Notes under the pieces: generated by a model | Seen by the model: only the letters and a program-made list of their open reading frames with translations | Database searches by the model: none | What the model was told of the DNA's origin: nothing | Assembly: GCA_951406725.2 (NCBI GenBank) | Contig: OX597820.1 | Span: 84,382,001-84,446,000, forward strand | Length of the DNA: 64,000 nt | Direction: 5' to 3' | Origin: Octopus vulgaris | Lineage: Eukaryota | In this document: piece after piece, positions 1 to 14,198 of the stretch | Layout of the letters: each line of letters starts with the position of its first letter | Numbering within the stretch: the stretch's first letter is position 1 | Made by a program: the position numbers and the translations under genes

Positions 1-559
1 ATCTGAAATTATACATGCAAATTATTTATTACGCTTCTGTCATAGAATTAATATGCAGGCATGAAACTTTAAAATTCCTCTTTTATCTAGAAAATTTTGT
101 AATTTACTATTTAAAATTTTATGATATTGATTCTTTCGCATTTAGCGTACATAATTAATTCATAATTGTAAGTATTAACAAATGATAGACAACGCAATAT
201 AGATGTATTGTTTTATACACTCACAGAAACACACACACACACATTTTTTTCGCGGAAAGATAAACAATCTTGCCCATAAAGCAAGCCTGTTTCTTTCTCA
301 ATGACAGGTACGCTGAGTTATTGTCCATCGACCAGGAAAAAAACGATGGCATAAACTAGTAGATGAACACTAAATTTAAGTACATTAGGTCATCTTTTAC
401 AGAGAGTAAAAGTGACTTTGACAGCTAATTAAACTCCTGAAATGTTGTATCAAACTTACCAGGTTATCATGAATTTCAAAGTAAATAAACTAATCTACAC
501 AATAGGTGTAAATATTAATGTATCTGCATATGAATGTTTGACTGTAAAGAATGGTGTAC

Positions 560-1390
560 ACGATTGTTTTGATGGCATACTTAATCCAACATAAAGATGA
601 GTGCCTCATGCCGTGACCACACCACCAACATGAGATTCATGGATGTATTACGGTCATCATTTACAGAGCTGTTGAAGGTATTATCTAATTTACTGCCTAT
701 TTTGTCGATCCACAAGCTCCGTCAAATATGATATTTTGAAACTTTCGCACACCAAGAGAAGATGAAGTCAACTCAATTAGGTTGCTGATATTGGCAAGGA
801 TATATAACATCGAAATGAGGAACAGTCACAAATCCAGATATCGGTTATGACACTTTTTTTCTGGATTGCATTAAACAAATGATGACAAGCATTATGAACA
901 ACGTGAGCAAGTATGTACCTTGCGTTGCAACATGTTATTGCAAAAGTAATATGCAGTAATACTTGTAGAAATTACTTCCCAGTGATAAATGTACAGAATA
1001 ACTGTTATTGAATATACTATATAAATATCAACACTAGAGATATTGGTGTAACATTACTTAAAAAGCGCGTCGAGTACAAACATAGCAGTTCTGATTAAGT
1101 TATATTGGAAAGACAATAATAAAAATAGAACCTCTATAGTCAATGAAGTAAGGTACTCTGCCATTGTGCACATATTTTGAAAATCACCGAGGATTACAAC
1201 GCATGGTTAACTGCCTTCAAACCTGCTGGTTTTCTACTCTAAAAATGAACCAGTATATATGCGGATAAATACTGCAAAACGGGCTTATTTTTAGAAAGGC
1301 TTTAATGATAAGAAGAAAGAATTGTCTCCAGAGGAACAGATGACGTATGCAAGAGTATTTTAATGCCAACCTGAGGGAAGAATTCTAATA
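560..1390 (+). pseudogene. Heavily decayed PIF1-like (Helitron) helicase remnant
   Basis: Manual translation gives ASSTNIAVL (~1066), IVNEV (~1136) and IVSRGTDDVCKSIL (~1321), in the order of the Helitron helicase motifs AVASSGIAA, IIDE and PVVxRGT. Many stops and frameshifts. Confidence 0.3.
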
Positions 1391-1453
1391 CAAACACATA
1401 CATAGATATGTACAACCATACATAAATACACATAAACAAACACACGCACAAAC

Positions 1454-1575
1454 ATGCATCACACACATATACGTATATATATATATACATACATATATAT
1501 ATATATATATATATGTACGTATGTATATAATGATATGTATATATGTATATCGATCTATCTATCTATCTATCTATA

Positions 1576-1654
<79 letters not shown>

Positions 1655-1677
1655 ATATATATATATATATATATATA
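1454..1677. repeat. Compound microsatellite (TA)n/(TCTA)n
   Basis: Directly visible. Confidence 0.95.
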
Positions 1678-1706
1678 GAAAATGCTACAATAATTTTATA
1701 AAAACA

Positions 1707-1748
1707 TTTCCGTACCGGTTTCAGTCATTGAGACCTTTTCAACTGTAA
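1707..1748 (-). ncRNA. Minimal type I hammerhead-like motif, U3-A8 core variant (degenerate stem I)
   Basis: Minus strand TTACAG TTGAAAA GGTC-TCAAT-GACT GAAA CCGG TA CGGAAA. Palindromic stem III loop, located in a PLE 3' end. Confidence 0.55.
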
Positions 1749-2162
1749 AAATTAAATAATTAAATTTAGAAAAATTAAAAGAAAAGTTTTTTTTTTAAGA
1801 ATATTTCTATAGTGTTCAAAGTACTCTTGTGGGTTCGAGGTCCTTGTGAATTCTTGGTAGTGGCATTTTCCTTCTTTCTGCCTGTCTCTGTCTCTCTAGT
1901 TTACTCTTGTGGGTTCAAGGTCCTTGTGAATTCTTGGTAGGGAAGAAGGAGAAGAAAAAGAAGAAGGAGGGGAGGAGAAGGGGAAGAGGAGGAATAATTT
2001 GGGAGTGCCATGACAGTAGTATTTTGAATTGTCAGTGGATGGTAGCAGTCCCTGTTCAATTCATGAAAATATTTCTTTAGAATGTTTTGTTTATAGAATT
2101 TGCGTAGGTGTTATTCTGAAAAGCATTAGTGACAGAGTTAGGAAGGAGAAGGGAGACGGGGG

Positions 2163-2310
2163 AAGAAGAAGAAGAAGAAGAAGAAGAAGAAGAAGAAGAA
2201 GAAGAAGAAGAAGAAGAAGAAGAATAAGAAGATGAAGAAGAAGAATAATAATAAGAAGACGAAGTAGAAGAAGAAGAAGAAGAAGAAGAAGAAGAAGAAG
2301 AAGAAGAAAG
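2163..2310. repeat. (GAA)n microsatellite
   Basis: Directly visible. Confidence 0.95.
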
Positions 2311-3016
2311 AGAAGGGAGAATAAGGATATAGTAGGAAGTAGTAAGGTGCTAAATGACTTAAAATTGGCACCTAATGGATTATAGCAGTGATTTGCAATG
2401 TTTTTTTAATGAATTCTTGGGAATCTCTTGAGTGTATCGTTTTTAATATTTGCGTGTATATTTGTGTTATTCTAAGACCGAGGTGGAAATGTCCTTTGCC
2501 GTAGACGCGTTCAGAAGGGGCCTGTATCTCTTATTATAAAAGGCAGATTTTATCTGCCTCCCTTTGGGAGTTATAGAAATCTACAATATAGGATTTCTTC
2601 AATTACAATTTACCTAGCATTTTTAAGAGTACAATGCATCGCGTCATGCCAGGTCCAGTTTTTAAAATTTAAACTCCAATTAAGCAAAATTTACAGAAAA
2701 CTCACATTCTGGTGTGTGTGTCAAATGCTTTTCTTAGTCTGGTTTACAGCACACGCAAACGCACACACACAGTGTGCAACGAATAAAGTGAAACTAGATG
2801 TAATATTTGTTTCTCTCTATCACGCTGATAGATACATGAGTAAAATGTATGGGAAGCTAACACATAAGAGTGAGTGAAAATGTTCTTGGAAGAGAGTAAA
2901 TAGCCAGAGAGAGTGATTTGAGGAAGACTTTACATTAAATAACCGTAGTGGCTTGTGTTAGTAATAAAGTAAACATACACTCATACATACATACATACAT
3001 ACATACATACATACAT

Positions 3017-3056
<40 letters not shown>

Positions 3057-3595
3057 ACATATATACACACACACATACATACATACACACATACATACAT
3101 ACATATACATACATACATATACATACATACATACACACACACACATACACACACACACAGTATTGAAGCTTGAGAACAATCAGATACATTTGCAACACAT
3201 CTGTTGAAAATATTATTGTTCACAGACATACATATACATATATACATACAGACAGACAGACAGATAGACACACACACACACACACATGATCCAGCATGGC
3301 CACAACCTCAAGGCTGAAACATATAAAAGAATAACAGAATATAAATGTGTGCATGTGTGTGAGAGAGAGAGTGTGTGTGTATATGTATGTATGTATGTAT
3401 GTATATATATATATATAATAATGCGGTTTTTTCAACAGCTTGAACTAAAAGTCAGAGGGGAATGGGAGAAACTACTTATATTAACTTGGTATAAAAGCAG
3501 GTAGTAATTTTATCTTGTCCTTATTCATAGTGCAAGTTTTGAAGAGAGCATTTCGATTTTAACAGCTATTTTTTTCAAAGCTATATTGGAACAGC

Positions 3596-3845
3596 CTAGA
3601 AGACGAGCCTCATCCTGAAAGATCTGTAGAACTCGACAAGGACATCCTGAAAACCCTGGTGGAACAAAATCTCATCGTAACTGTTGAGGAACTAGCAGAG
3701 AAGCTTGGATTTGGTCATTCAACCATTCATTGAGACCTGTGTGCTATCGGAAAAGTCAGCAAATTGGGTCAATGGGTTCCTCACGAACTTTCCGAGTCTA
3801 ATTGCATGCAGAGAGTGAATGTATGCTTTTCTTTGCTGTCACATC
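3596..3845 (+). pseudogene. Mariner transposase fragment (HTH region to WVPHEL)
   Basis: LEDEPHPERSVELDKDILKTLVEQNLIVTVEELAEKLGFGHSTIH*DLCAIGKVSKLGQWVPHEL. Confidence 0.85.
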
Positions 3846-3868
3846 TCACCACTACTGCGCTATGTATA

Positions 3869-4509
3869 TCTATATATATATAAAACTGTAGTTGTGTGAG
3901 TGTCTGTCCCCTTCGATTTAGATTCCTAACTACTCCCAGATTTTGCGGTGCAGTTTAACCAGATTCGGGTAGCTTATAGTCGTGATTCATATCGAGCCCG
4001 TCTGAGTATTAGCGCGCGTCTACGATGAGTCTACGATTTTTAAAATAATTTAACATTATTTTTTATTCCATTTTAATGCATAATTTTTCGTGTGTCGATG
4101 GCGGCGGAGTTGGCGTCCACGATCACACCTGCACCTGTGGGGAAGGGAGTGTAAGGAAATCAACGTCGTAATGCGTTGTCAAGGAGACCAGCGTTCTTTT
4201 AGAACAACGACTTCATGGCTTGAAGATACCAAAACAGAAATGGCTAAGAAAGCGTCTACATGAGTCTACGATTTAAAAAAAAATTTACTATCGTTTTTTT
4301 TTTCCATTTTAATGCATTTTTTCGCTACTATATAAGGGACGTAACTCTCTAAAAATGTCTACGATGAGTCAACGATTTTAAAAAAAATTTACCATCATAT
4401 TTTTTCCATTTTTAATGCATTTTTTGCTATTTTTTGGCTATAACTCTCTAAAAATGCTTATATAGTTATTTCCCTTACAAACCCGAGCAACGCCGGGCGA
4501 TACTGCTAG
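3869..4509 (+). mobile_element. Short non-autonomous Helitron, family shared with 9241-9637
   Basis: A|TCTATATATATATAAAA start, 3' hairpin plus CTAG, internal GTCTACGATGAGTC repeats. Highly similar to the reverse complement of 9241-9637. Confidence 0.8.
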
Positions 4510-5945
4510 TTTTGTAATAAAGAGAAGTTCTTTACTAATTCGTTGGCTCCAGGTTGTAACGTCCCTAAATTGGTAGAGGGGGGAAATTCTGAAGTTTGGA
4601 TTTTTGTTGTTGGTGCAAATGTCTATTTGTTGACTGAATGCTAATTTTCTGTTTTGGGGAATTTTTATCTGGGATCTGTGCAGGGCCATTCCTTTACGGA
4701 GACTATTATTTTGTTTGGCCTATGTATTGCTCTTGACACCCAGAACAGGTTAGTGTGTGTATCAGGTTCTCCGAAGCACATGTGAAGTTGCTTTTCACTG
4801 TGAAACGTTGTTCCTGTTTGAAGGAGAACTCTGATCCCTCAATTAGATAATCGCATATCCCACAATTGGGTCTTCCACATCGTTTTCACTGTTGACTTCT
4901 GTGTTGTTGAGCGTATATAGGATTGTGTTAGGAGACTTTCATAGATTTGGGCTGTCTCTTGCTTTTTATGATGGTGTGTTTGGAGGATTAAGTTCATTCT
5001 GTGTTCATTTTTTTAGCAGGTGTATGTTTTGGAGGATGGTGTCGAAGGCCTCATTGTTGAGAGGGTTGTGTGTGGAGACGTATGGTAAGGCTTTTGGTTG
5101 TAAAATTTTCTTTAATTTGGGATGTCAGAGTTCCTGGATGTTGAGTTGAAAAGCACGTTGAATGCATATGACAATTAGTGAAGGTGGGTAGTTCCTGGTG
5201 GTAAGTGTATCCTTTAGTTCATGTAGTCGTGTGTCTCTGGTGTTTGCATTAGAAACTATAGTACATATTCTTTTTGCTAAGTTGAAGGGGATATTCATTC
5301 TGGTGTGTCTGGGGTTGCATGAATTGAATGGAAGATATTGCTTGGAATCCGTAGGCTTATAGTATATATCTGTTTCTATTACGTTATTAGATTTCTTAAT
5401 GAGGATGTCTAGGAAGTGGAGTTGTTGCTTGCTATATTCCATCGTGAATTGGATGCTTACGTCAAGTCCATTTAGAAGTCCTTGGAATTCTTTAAGTTTC
5501 GCTATATTTTCCATACCAAAAATGAAATAGTCATCTAGGTGTCTCTTCCAGTTGTTTTCTATGAAGCGGAAGAAAGAGCTGCCGTATCTTTTTAGAACCT
5601 TACAATAAAGTCTGATTTCTAGATATCCCATGACAAGGTTAGCAAAGGAGGGGGCCATTCGCGTACCCATCGCAGTCCCGGATTTTTGTCGATAGAATTT
5701 CTCTTTGAAGGTGAAGTAGTTATTTTCCAGGATGAATTTTAGCCCTTCTATCACGAATTCTTTTTTGATGCGATGTGGGAGTTCGTTGGCGTACTTCTCT
5801 AGCCAGCATTGAATTGCCTCTATTCCTAGAGGTTGTGGGAGATATTGGAATAGAGGTTGACTACATCGAAGGATACTAGTAGTGTGCTCTTGTTTATTGT
5901 TTTAGGAAGGTAATTGAGCATGTCCATATCGTCCCTTATATACCT
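4510..5945 (-). mobile_element. Penelope-like element RT + GIY-YIG endonuclease (5'-truncated, frameshifted)
   Basis: ORF 5125-5754 has GTAMGTRMAPSFANLVMG, RHLDD, FLDI and YYKPT. Upstream are LVSFDVVNL-like residues; downstream are C..C..QYIGQT and ORF 4438-4689 (GIY-YIG). Confidence 0.92.
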
Positions 5946-8554
5946 TTTGACAAACTTCGAAGACACTGTTAACCTTTTCCTTGTTTGAATAAACATTCAA
6001 TATGTTATTCTTTAATCCGTTATTAGCTAGTTTTGTGTTAAATTGTTTGGCTACAAAATTTACCTTGAAACTAAACATTAGAATATGTCTGCGTATGTGT
6101 TTGATTTCGTTTTCGCATTTCTGTGTACCCTTGTGTGGCGTATTACGTACGTGACTGAAATTTCAGTATGATTCCTCTTACGATTAATCTTCGCCTAAAC
6201 CGCATCAATTTTAGATCTATTATTGCAAGTTTCAATATAGATATTATATAGATTTTTCCAATTTTGTTTCAATAAAATCTCATATTTTCAGTAAGCAGTT
6301 AATGACTCATGAATCGCAATTTGAAAATATTGATACCTTTGGCTACTATTATTCTTAGTTATATTGATATAACTAAAATTTTATGAAATTTATTAGCAAT
6401 ATAGTTATCTAAGTGTATTTGAGGGTTCCTTATTATTTATGAATATTACATTTTATACCAACATATTTCAATAAGATATTCATTTATTTATTTGCCTCAA
6501 AAATCTCCTTGTGGTGTTGTAGTCGAATAACAAAGCATAACTGTATGAATCATATATGAATGTTATTTTTGTTGTAATTCCTGTATTATATAGTATCAGT
6601 AATTAGTAGCAGCTGTTTTTGCTTGCTGGTTTAATTCCGGTGACCGATTCGTGTAGACTCTGAATTATTGGGACTATTTTTATATTAAAATTCGAAACCA
6701 ATAACTGAAATAGGGGAAAATATAAACCGGTAAATAACCATTTCAATATAACTTCCATCTTAAATGTATCAGCAAATGTATCCAATGATGTCTTGCAGCT
6801 AATTACAAAAGTTTCAAAACACCGATGCACACTATAAGAAAATTAAATATATTTGTTCACATTTAGATGCAACTGTATATATTTCGTAATTTCCATATTT
6901 ATGACGTTGATAAATATTTTCACAATTAAGCAGTTTGCGACGCATATTGTAAAGACATATGTGTACGTGAAAAAATTATAAGCATGCTCGTTTATAGTTT
7001 GTTACTTTATACAATATATGACTTGTAGCAAATGCAGATGGAATATACTTTATAGAAATAATATGGTATGTTGTTGCATTATTGTAAATATTTTCATTCT
7101 ATGCTAACACAGAATAAGCAGGATTTTCGCAGCGTGTATTAAAATGATCGCAATACACATATCAAGGTATATTCGGAAGAGCAAGGAAAACAGATGCGAT
7201 TGTATGAACTTATATGCGGTGAGATATATAAACATGACATATTATTAAGCAACAACTTTGGACACTCAACAAAAATAATATAATCACAAAAAGGTGTACA
7301 TATCAAAATGAATTCTGGGTGATGTGGAATCAGATGATGGATAAATAACTGAATATGATGTACTCTTAGTAAACTAACTCTACAACGCAATGGATATGTC
7401 AAAAGAAGATAATATTAGGCACCCTTTCAAATATACCGCTGCTAAAACGAGCCAATGATGAAAGCACTGCGCCGCTAATCGCCCTATAAAAATAGTAATC
7501 GCATTTCCTCTTATAACAAGCTACCATCCAAATAAAATAAGGATAATGTAGATTATATTATGTTAGTAGGTAAACAAAATATAAAACAATCAAAACAAGA
7601 ATGTTGTTACTCTGGAATATCTTTGTTCTCATATTTGCTTACTCAACTCTAAGTTGTAGCAAACTAGAAGGATGAAGAAAATGGTTTATCCAAGGAAATT
7701 CTTGATAGTAAATTGAATGGTAAAAAATAGATTGTCCAAAAATGCGACAAATGAAAATATTAGGCGCTGTAGGTAACATACCTGCATAATTAATAAGCTG
7801 TCATCCACATGTCCTTTAGTTGAGAAATTTCCAACGTAACTGATTTTACTCTTTTACTCTGAAGTTTATTGCTGCTAAGGCCTCTGTGATTGGTGGAATG
7901 GGGCTGGAAGGATAAATGTATTGCCAAACTAAATGATGAAAACAATTACTCTGAGAATTTATACTCTACGTGACTGTGTGAAACCGACAGCATAGTTGTT
8001 GACTTTGCCTACAATATATGTAATATATATTTGTAAACATTGCACATTGATTTCATCATCTTGAACTGTGCAAAAATCGGTAATGATTTATTCATATTTC
8101 ACGGCACATTTTTTGTTTTATTTATTTTTCATATTTGGTTTCATTCTAACAACGCACAACTCCGCTGGAATTAATATGAATTGCAGTCTCTGTGATTTTA
8201 TATAACTTTCTTTCCCACCACGACCGCGACTCTGTTATGTACGTCTATCCCTTAAATATACAATCTACATGACTGCATTATAAATGTTTTATGCTTACTT
8301 TGTCAAAGTTATGTGGAATCATATCTATAAAAGGGAGGATGTGTGTGCGTGTGTGTGTGTGTGTACGTGATTGTAATTTATGCACGTCCACAAATTAGCA
8401 CGCATGTCGCTCCAATTTTAGGAGGACATTTGTCAACATCCTATCTGGGTTTTGTCAACTTAATTTTCCCCGAGGCACCCGTGGGTAGCGTAAATGTCTA
8501 TTTCCAGATATAGCTTTTAGCCACGAAAAATATCAGGCTTGGCTTTTTTTGATG

Positions 8555-8980
8555 GCGTCTAACAAAAAAAAAGATAAAGAAAAGTGGAAGAAGGAGGCAG
8601 AGAGTTTCACGGGAAAGACGAAGTGAGAGAGGGAGAGAGAGAGATTAAATGACAACGTTCTTGCCAGCGTCTAACTAAAAACAATGAGATAAAGAAAAGT
8701 GGAAGAAAGAGGCAGAGACGGGAAAGACAAAGCGAGAAAGGGAGAGACAGAAATTAAATGACAACGTTCTTGACAGCGTCTAACAAAAATAAGATAAAGA
8801 AAAGTGGAACAAGGAGGCAGAAAGTTTCAAGGGAAAGACAAAGTGAGAGAGGGAGAGACAGAGATTAAATGACAACGTTCTTGCCAGCGTCTAAGAAAAA
8901 AATAAGATAAAGAAAAGTGGAAGAATGAGGCAGAGAGTTTCAAGGGAAAGACAAAGTGAGAGAAGGAGAGACAGAGAGAG
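8555..8980. repeat. ~111 bp purine-rich tandem repeat, ~3.8 copies
   Basis: Units start GCGTCTAA at 8555, 8667, 8776 and 8887. Confidence 0.9.
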
Positions 8981-9240
8981 TAAGTTATGAAGTTCATAAA
9001 AAAAATAATGTAAAATGTTTTGTTTTTTGTTTTTGAAAGACACTATATTTTATAATCATAATATTTATACTTGAGTGAAAATCGTGCGAGTGTTAATCTA
9101 CACATTTAACAACATTTTTTCCATTTATTTCTGTGTATGAACATGTATGCGTGCACAAAACATGCAATAGGTGTACGTACGTACGTGTGTGTATGTGTGT
9201 TCGTGTCTGTTGCTCATATATATTCATATTATATTATATA

Positions 9241-9637
9241 CTAGCAGTATCGCCCGGCGTTGCTCGGGTGTGTAAGGGAAATAACTATATAAGCATTTTT
9301 AGAGAGTTATAGCCAACAAATAGCAAAAAGATGCATTACAAATGGAAAAAACATTATGGTAATTTTTTTTTTAAATCGTTGATTCATCGTAGACATTTTT
9401 AGAGAGTTACTTCCCGTATATAATAGCAAAAGAAATGCATTGAATTGGAAAAAATGATGGTAATTTTTTTTTAAATCGTAGACTCATCGTAGACGCGCGC
9501 TAATACCCAGAAGGGCTCGATATGAATCACGACTATAAGATACCCGGTTTTGGTTAAACTGCACCGCAAAATGTGGGAGTAGTTAGGAATATAAATCGTA
9601 GGAGACATACACACAACTTCACTTTTATATATAAAGA
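9241..9637 (-). mobile_element. Short non-autonomous Helitron nested in 8319-9901
   Basis: Reverse-complement copy of the 3869-4509 family, with A|TC...CTAG|T ends on the minus strand. Confidence 0.8.
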
Positions 9638-9648
9638 TATATATGATA

Positions 9649-9779
<131 letters not shown>

Positions 9780-10754
9780 CTCATTTCAACGGATTTCGCC
9801 CAAATTTCACGTCTATATTACTTAGTTTGGTTTGAAATAAAGAACTTGATTAGCTTAATAATCGTAACTTAATCCCGGGCAAGGCTGGTTTGTACTGCTA
9901 GTAGAATATAAAAATAAAAATATTTCAAAATATCTCAAATAATATTCGCCTGTTTAACTGCGAAATCTTAAATTAAATAACTATGAAAAATGATTAACCG
10001 TAATCCTGATTTTCTTCTTTATTTCAACTCCCTTTAATTATGTACACATGTACGCAACGTAAATCATGCAACTTTAAAGCAGCACTAAAATTTGAAAGAA
10101 ATATTCAGTTTTCAAGCACATGTTCACTACAAAGTATGATTGTTATTATAGTAGAAACATCATGAGACAGTTATTACTAGGTGAGATGTCAAAGCATGTA
10201 ATTTAAAATTCCTATTTTGCTGCATTGTTTTAAGCTTTATAAAGTGACGTACAACAAGGTATTAGAATTAGGAATCAGATGAGTACCATGCATAACAGGA
10301 GGACTACAATAAGAGGGGCGATTAAATGCACTGTGCATCTATAATGAATAACTATTTCGAAGAATAATTCCTCGCATTGTATGTTGAATTTTTGTCTGTG
10401 ACCTTTGACTAATAAGTCGACGCTTCCATAGGTGTAGCGTTTATAGTTTTATAAAATCTAAAGTGTAATTAACTAGCGACCAAACTCTGAAATATTAAAA
10501 ACAAAAATGAAAAATAAAACAAATATATATATTAAAAGTTATTTATGTAGCGTTGAACGTACGCAGATGTTGAAAAAGACAGGCACTAGTTTTATTAATT
10601 ATATATTTGTTGTTAAAGGCTAATATAGTGGCTGATAAAGAATTTGTAAACACCATTTACAATATACATGCCTCGCAACAAGTAGACTATATACACAGAA
10701 AATGCTGCGGGTAACTACTGAAAATTGCGAATTAGATATATTTAATCTGTGTTA

Positions 10755-11270
10755 ATCATCATCATAATCATTGGAATTTACCATGCTACACCAGACTTCA
10801 CGGTCCATCATGGCAGTACGGAAGTCCTGTTGCTGGATGCCTGTATGCCTGGAGATTACATCAGGGTAGGAGAGTGTGCACCCTCTGGTATTGCGAGTAG
10901 ATGGCGTCCAGAGGAGAAGAGTAGAAATTACTTCTTTTTCAGCTCTACAACAATGTCCAGCAAACTGGACTCTCCTACCTTTCATAAGAGATGACACAGG
11001 TAGTAGTTTCCCATATATTTGCATTTTGGTTGGATGTCTTTCTTTTCCATTCACGGAACTGAATTGTCTATATATATATTACTTAAGAGGTTTTTCTCGT
11101 CGTTCAAAAACGGTGAGAGCTGCCACGAAAGCTTCAAACAAGGGGAAACTGTTAAACTTACCCAGAAGATGTTAAAAGAGGTTATGGATTAAATTTTGAG
11201 CTCAGAAGCAAACGAGAAACTAAATACTTCAAGAATACATCCGGTGCTCTCGATACTATGCCAACCATAG
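10755..11270 (-). mobile_element. RTE-clade LINE 3' fragment
   Basis: ORF 10752-11054 (RRVQFAGHCCR..LLLWTP..AMMDREVW) with a (GAT)n-like tail. Confidence 0.8.
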
Positions 11271-12042
11271 TCAAGAATTAATACATTTCTTCTGCCATAC
11301 CATCATGAAAAATGTCCCGGGGGAGCTTGCCCGTCAATATTCATTACGGCAAGTTGAGGTGACTGGGGAAAAATAACTCGAGTTACACACTGCACGCTCA
11401 AACGAATATCCCAGTCAGATGTTAGTGATATGAACTGTGCAGCTGTGTGTAAATAAACAGTTGAAGAAAAATTGATGTTGTAAACGTTCAGAATTAGCGA
11501 ATAATCCGAGTTCCCTTATTGTATGTACCACAATTTGCAATAAAGTGAAGAACCTAGGCTATAAAGTTTACACGATAAGCTTTGCTCAATCGAAGATGTT
11601 TCAAATCATGACTTCGAAGCCTATCAATTTTGTAAGAGAAAATATTTGTAGGAAATTGTAATTACTTCCCAAAATAAGATAAACTTAAGATTGCAATAAA
11701 TATTGATAATCTGTTCTGTACAAATTATGTCAGACGCACATACGAAGGTATTTAATTTTGCAACACACTCAGTAATGTCGAAATCCTTGGGCATCTTATA
11801 ACCAGTTAGTGATGATAAACGGATATACATAGAGACTATGAAACGTCAAGTTTTACTTTAGGCATTATAGCATAAAGCAACAAAATATACTCTTGTTATT
11901 CTCATATGTAGGATTTTGTAAAGGCTTAGTGAAAGGAGGTAGTCAAAAGTCATTATATTTTTAGAGGCAAAGAAAGGTTTTAAAGAAGGTCTTTCACAGA
12001 GAGAAGAAATAGCTTAAAAACTTGAATAAGTGAGCACTTCGT

Positions 12043-12091
<49 letters not shown>

Positions 12092-12429
12092 CATTCGAAG
12101 GAGACGATATATGTTTGTAACCTATGAAATTATTAGAACATTAGTACTTGTGTGATAAGTGGATTGGTTAGTATGTCCTATGCATGTTAATGGTGCGTGC
12201 GTATGCGTTTGTGCATTTCGTGCGCATGATTTGTATATATGTCTGTTTTCATTGTTATATATTATTTGTAGGCTGATCCGCATATGTGTTTATGTGTGCA
12301 GAATTAATTTACTTAGCTGATTATTGTTGCTATGTATTGGCTGGGTGTTGAATTCATGCGTTTGTACCACAATATTTTCCTGCAAATAGAAGGTGAGACT
12401 TGGTGAGCATACATACTATGAGGATCTCT

Positions 12430-12600
12430 TAGTTTCTGTTATTCAGCTATATGTCATTGGATTTTAATTCCTATTATAAATGGAAAGTCTCAGGTAAGCG
12501 AAAGGCGCATCTGTTGTTCGTGTTATTCGGCATAGTTCTATCTAGAATTTTCCATTTGATGTTGAAGGGTACTCATTTTTCTTTTAGTACCCAGACCCGT
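12430..12600 (-). mobile_element. Penelope-like GIY-YIG C-terminal remnant
   Basis: Minus strand VWVLKEK*VPFNIKWKILDR, typical of PLE endonuclease ends. Confidence 0.55.
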
Positions 12601-13099
12601 TAAGTATTCTACAATACTCAGATAAGTATTGGTGTAACATATTCTCAGTAGAACAACTAAACGAACGAGACAATAATGTGACTTCGCTACCCAGATAATC
12701 TCATAGCTACGTTAATAATCTACGGTAGTGGTCAAACATTCAAGTTTTTGCTTTTTTGAAATACTAAAGTCACCCCGAGGTGGGGAAACACTGTTGCCTA
12801 CAGCAATTGATTACTTACACACCATTAAGTTTATGAATATTTAGGAGTTAGGAAGGTGATTTTAGCAATTGCTGTCAGTTTTATATACCTTATGTTCAAC
12901 GGTTTTCTTTGACATAAGGTTGCCAAGCTATTGGCTTCGCGGCGTCTTCTCTTTTTCTGATATAGCTTCAAAGTTTTCGTCACAGTATGCTCCGGTATTT
13001 GCTAGTGAGCTTTCTTTTTGAACCGATTCAAGCTTACACTGGCTTTTGAACTCCAACATGATATTGCAGTCTTGTAACACTTTAAATGTTAAACAATTA

Positions 13100-13200
13100 A
13101 GCCTAAGGTATTCTCCAGACTTCTCCGATCCGGCAATTTGTCCTCTTTGGAAATTGGACAAGTTACGTATTTCAATATTTGTTGTATATACAGATCTGCA
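13100..13200 (-). pseudogene. Tc1-type transposase N-terminal remnant
   Basis: RNLSNFQRGQIAG resembles Tc1 DLSDFQRGQIVG. Confidence 0.45.
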
Positions 13201-14198
13201 CAAATATAAGTAAAATAGGTCTATATAAAATATCATGAGGGTCACATATGTGCAGAGGAGAAAAGTCGTTAAATATGCAAAGAAATATTCAATTATAAAG
13301 TGTTGTAACCATTGCTTTGTCTAACATCTGCATATTATATATGTTCAAATGTTTGCATTTATATATGTGTGCGTGTGAGAAAGAGAGATACAGACAGAGA
13401 CAGACAGATGGAGAGGGAGTATGTGTGCGAGAGTGCGTGTGTGAGAGAAAATGTGTGTATGTGAAAGAAAGATGGAGTTCATGTGTGTATGAGTGTGTGT
13501 ATGCATCTGTATGTGTTGGTGTGTGTACATTCGTGTGTGCTTGCGTGTATGTGCATCAGTATGAGTGTGTGCATATTTAAGTGTATTTCCCGTAAGTAGA
13601 TTTTAGAGCTTGGTTAAGCCATTGATTTGTGATGCAAATAGTAAATCACGATTTTATCCATACTATTTTGAAGGATAAAAAAACCGTTAAAACGTCGAAT
13701 AAATTACACGATTTAAGAAATAATATAACTAACAATCGAATATCCACTAGTAGATAAATACACAAAAAGCCGTCAAAAGCAAGCCAGCAATAAGCGCCTT
13801 TCACTCTTACGAAAAACATTATCCTAAGTCTCTCAGGTAAAATATAATTCTATTAACGATTCGGCCTATTTCATGCTTCATTAAATCTAGTGTTATTTCA
13901 ACTGTATTCATCAACGATGCATCTCTGATTAAAGTATCAGTGAAAGTATGTTCAGCGGAACGCCTTTGTTGTGTTGATATATTTTGGATTCTATATGCTG
14001 AGTTTTTTTGTTTGTGTGTGTGTGCAGGCAAGTAAAGAGTGTGAGAATGCGCCTGCGCCACCCAGAGCGTAAAGATGTTGCCCTTTACTTTATATACAGA
14101 CATTTTTCCTCGCATTTCACTGTGAAGCACTACTTCGTTTCTATTACACCTACTACTAAATATTTCTCTTTCTACTAATCTCAGTCTATACTCATATA

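Larger units (their letters stand above)
1678..2526 (-). mobile_element. Penelope-like element, 3' part (end of GIY-YIG ORF, 3' UTR/pLTR)
   Basis: The minus strand from 2526 reads YRPLLNAST, continuing in frame from ELLFITK at 4510. Contains an ~38 bp direct repeat (1823-1860 / 1903-1940), a (GAA)n tract and a hammerhead-like motif near its 3' end. Confidence 0.75.
2527..4509 (+). mobile_element. Composite non-autonomous Helitron
   Basis: Begins TC after host A (2526) and ends CTAG before host T (4510), with hairpin CCCGAGCAACGCCGGG (4482-4497) and no TSD. Removing it restores the Penelope reading frame. Confidence 0.8.

Noticed and set aside
8555-8980. Tandem arrays (also 17615 and 32682) as CRISPR
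   Set aside because: No unique spacers, no cas genes, and a eukaryotic context.
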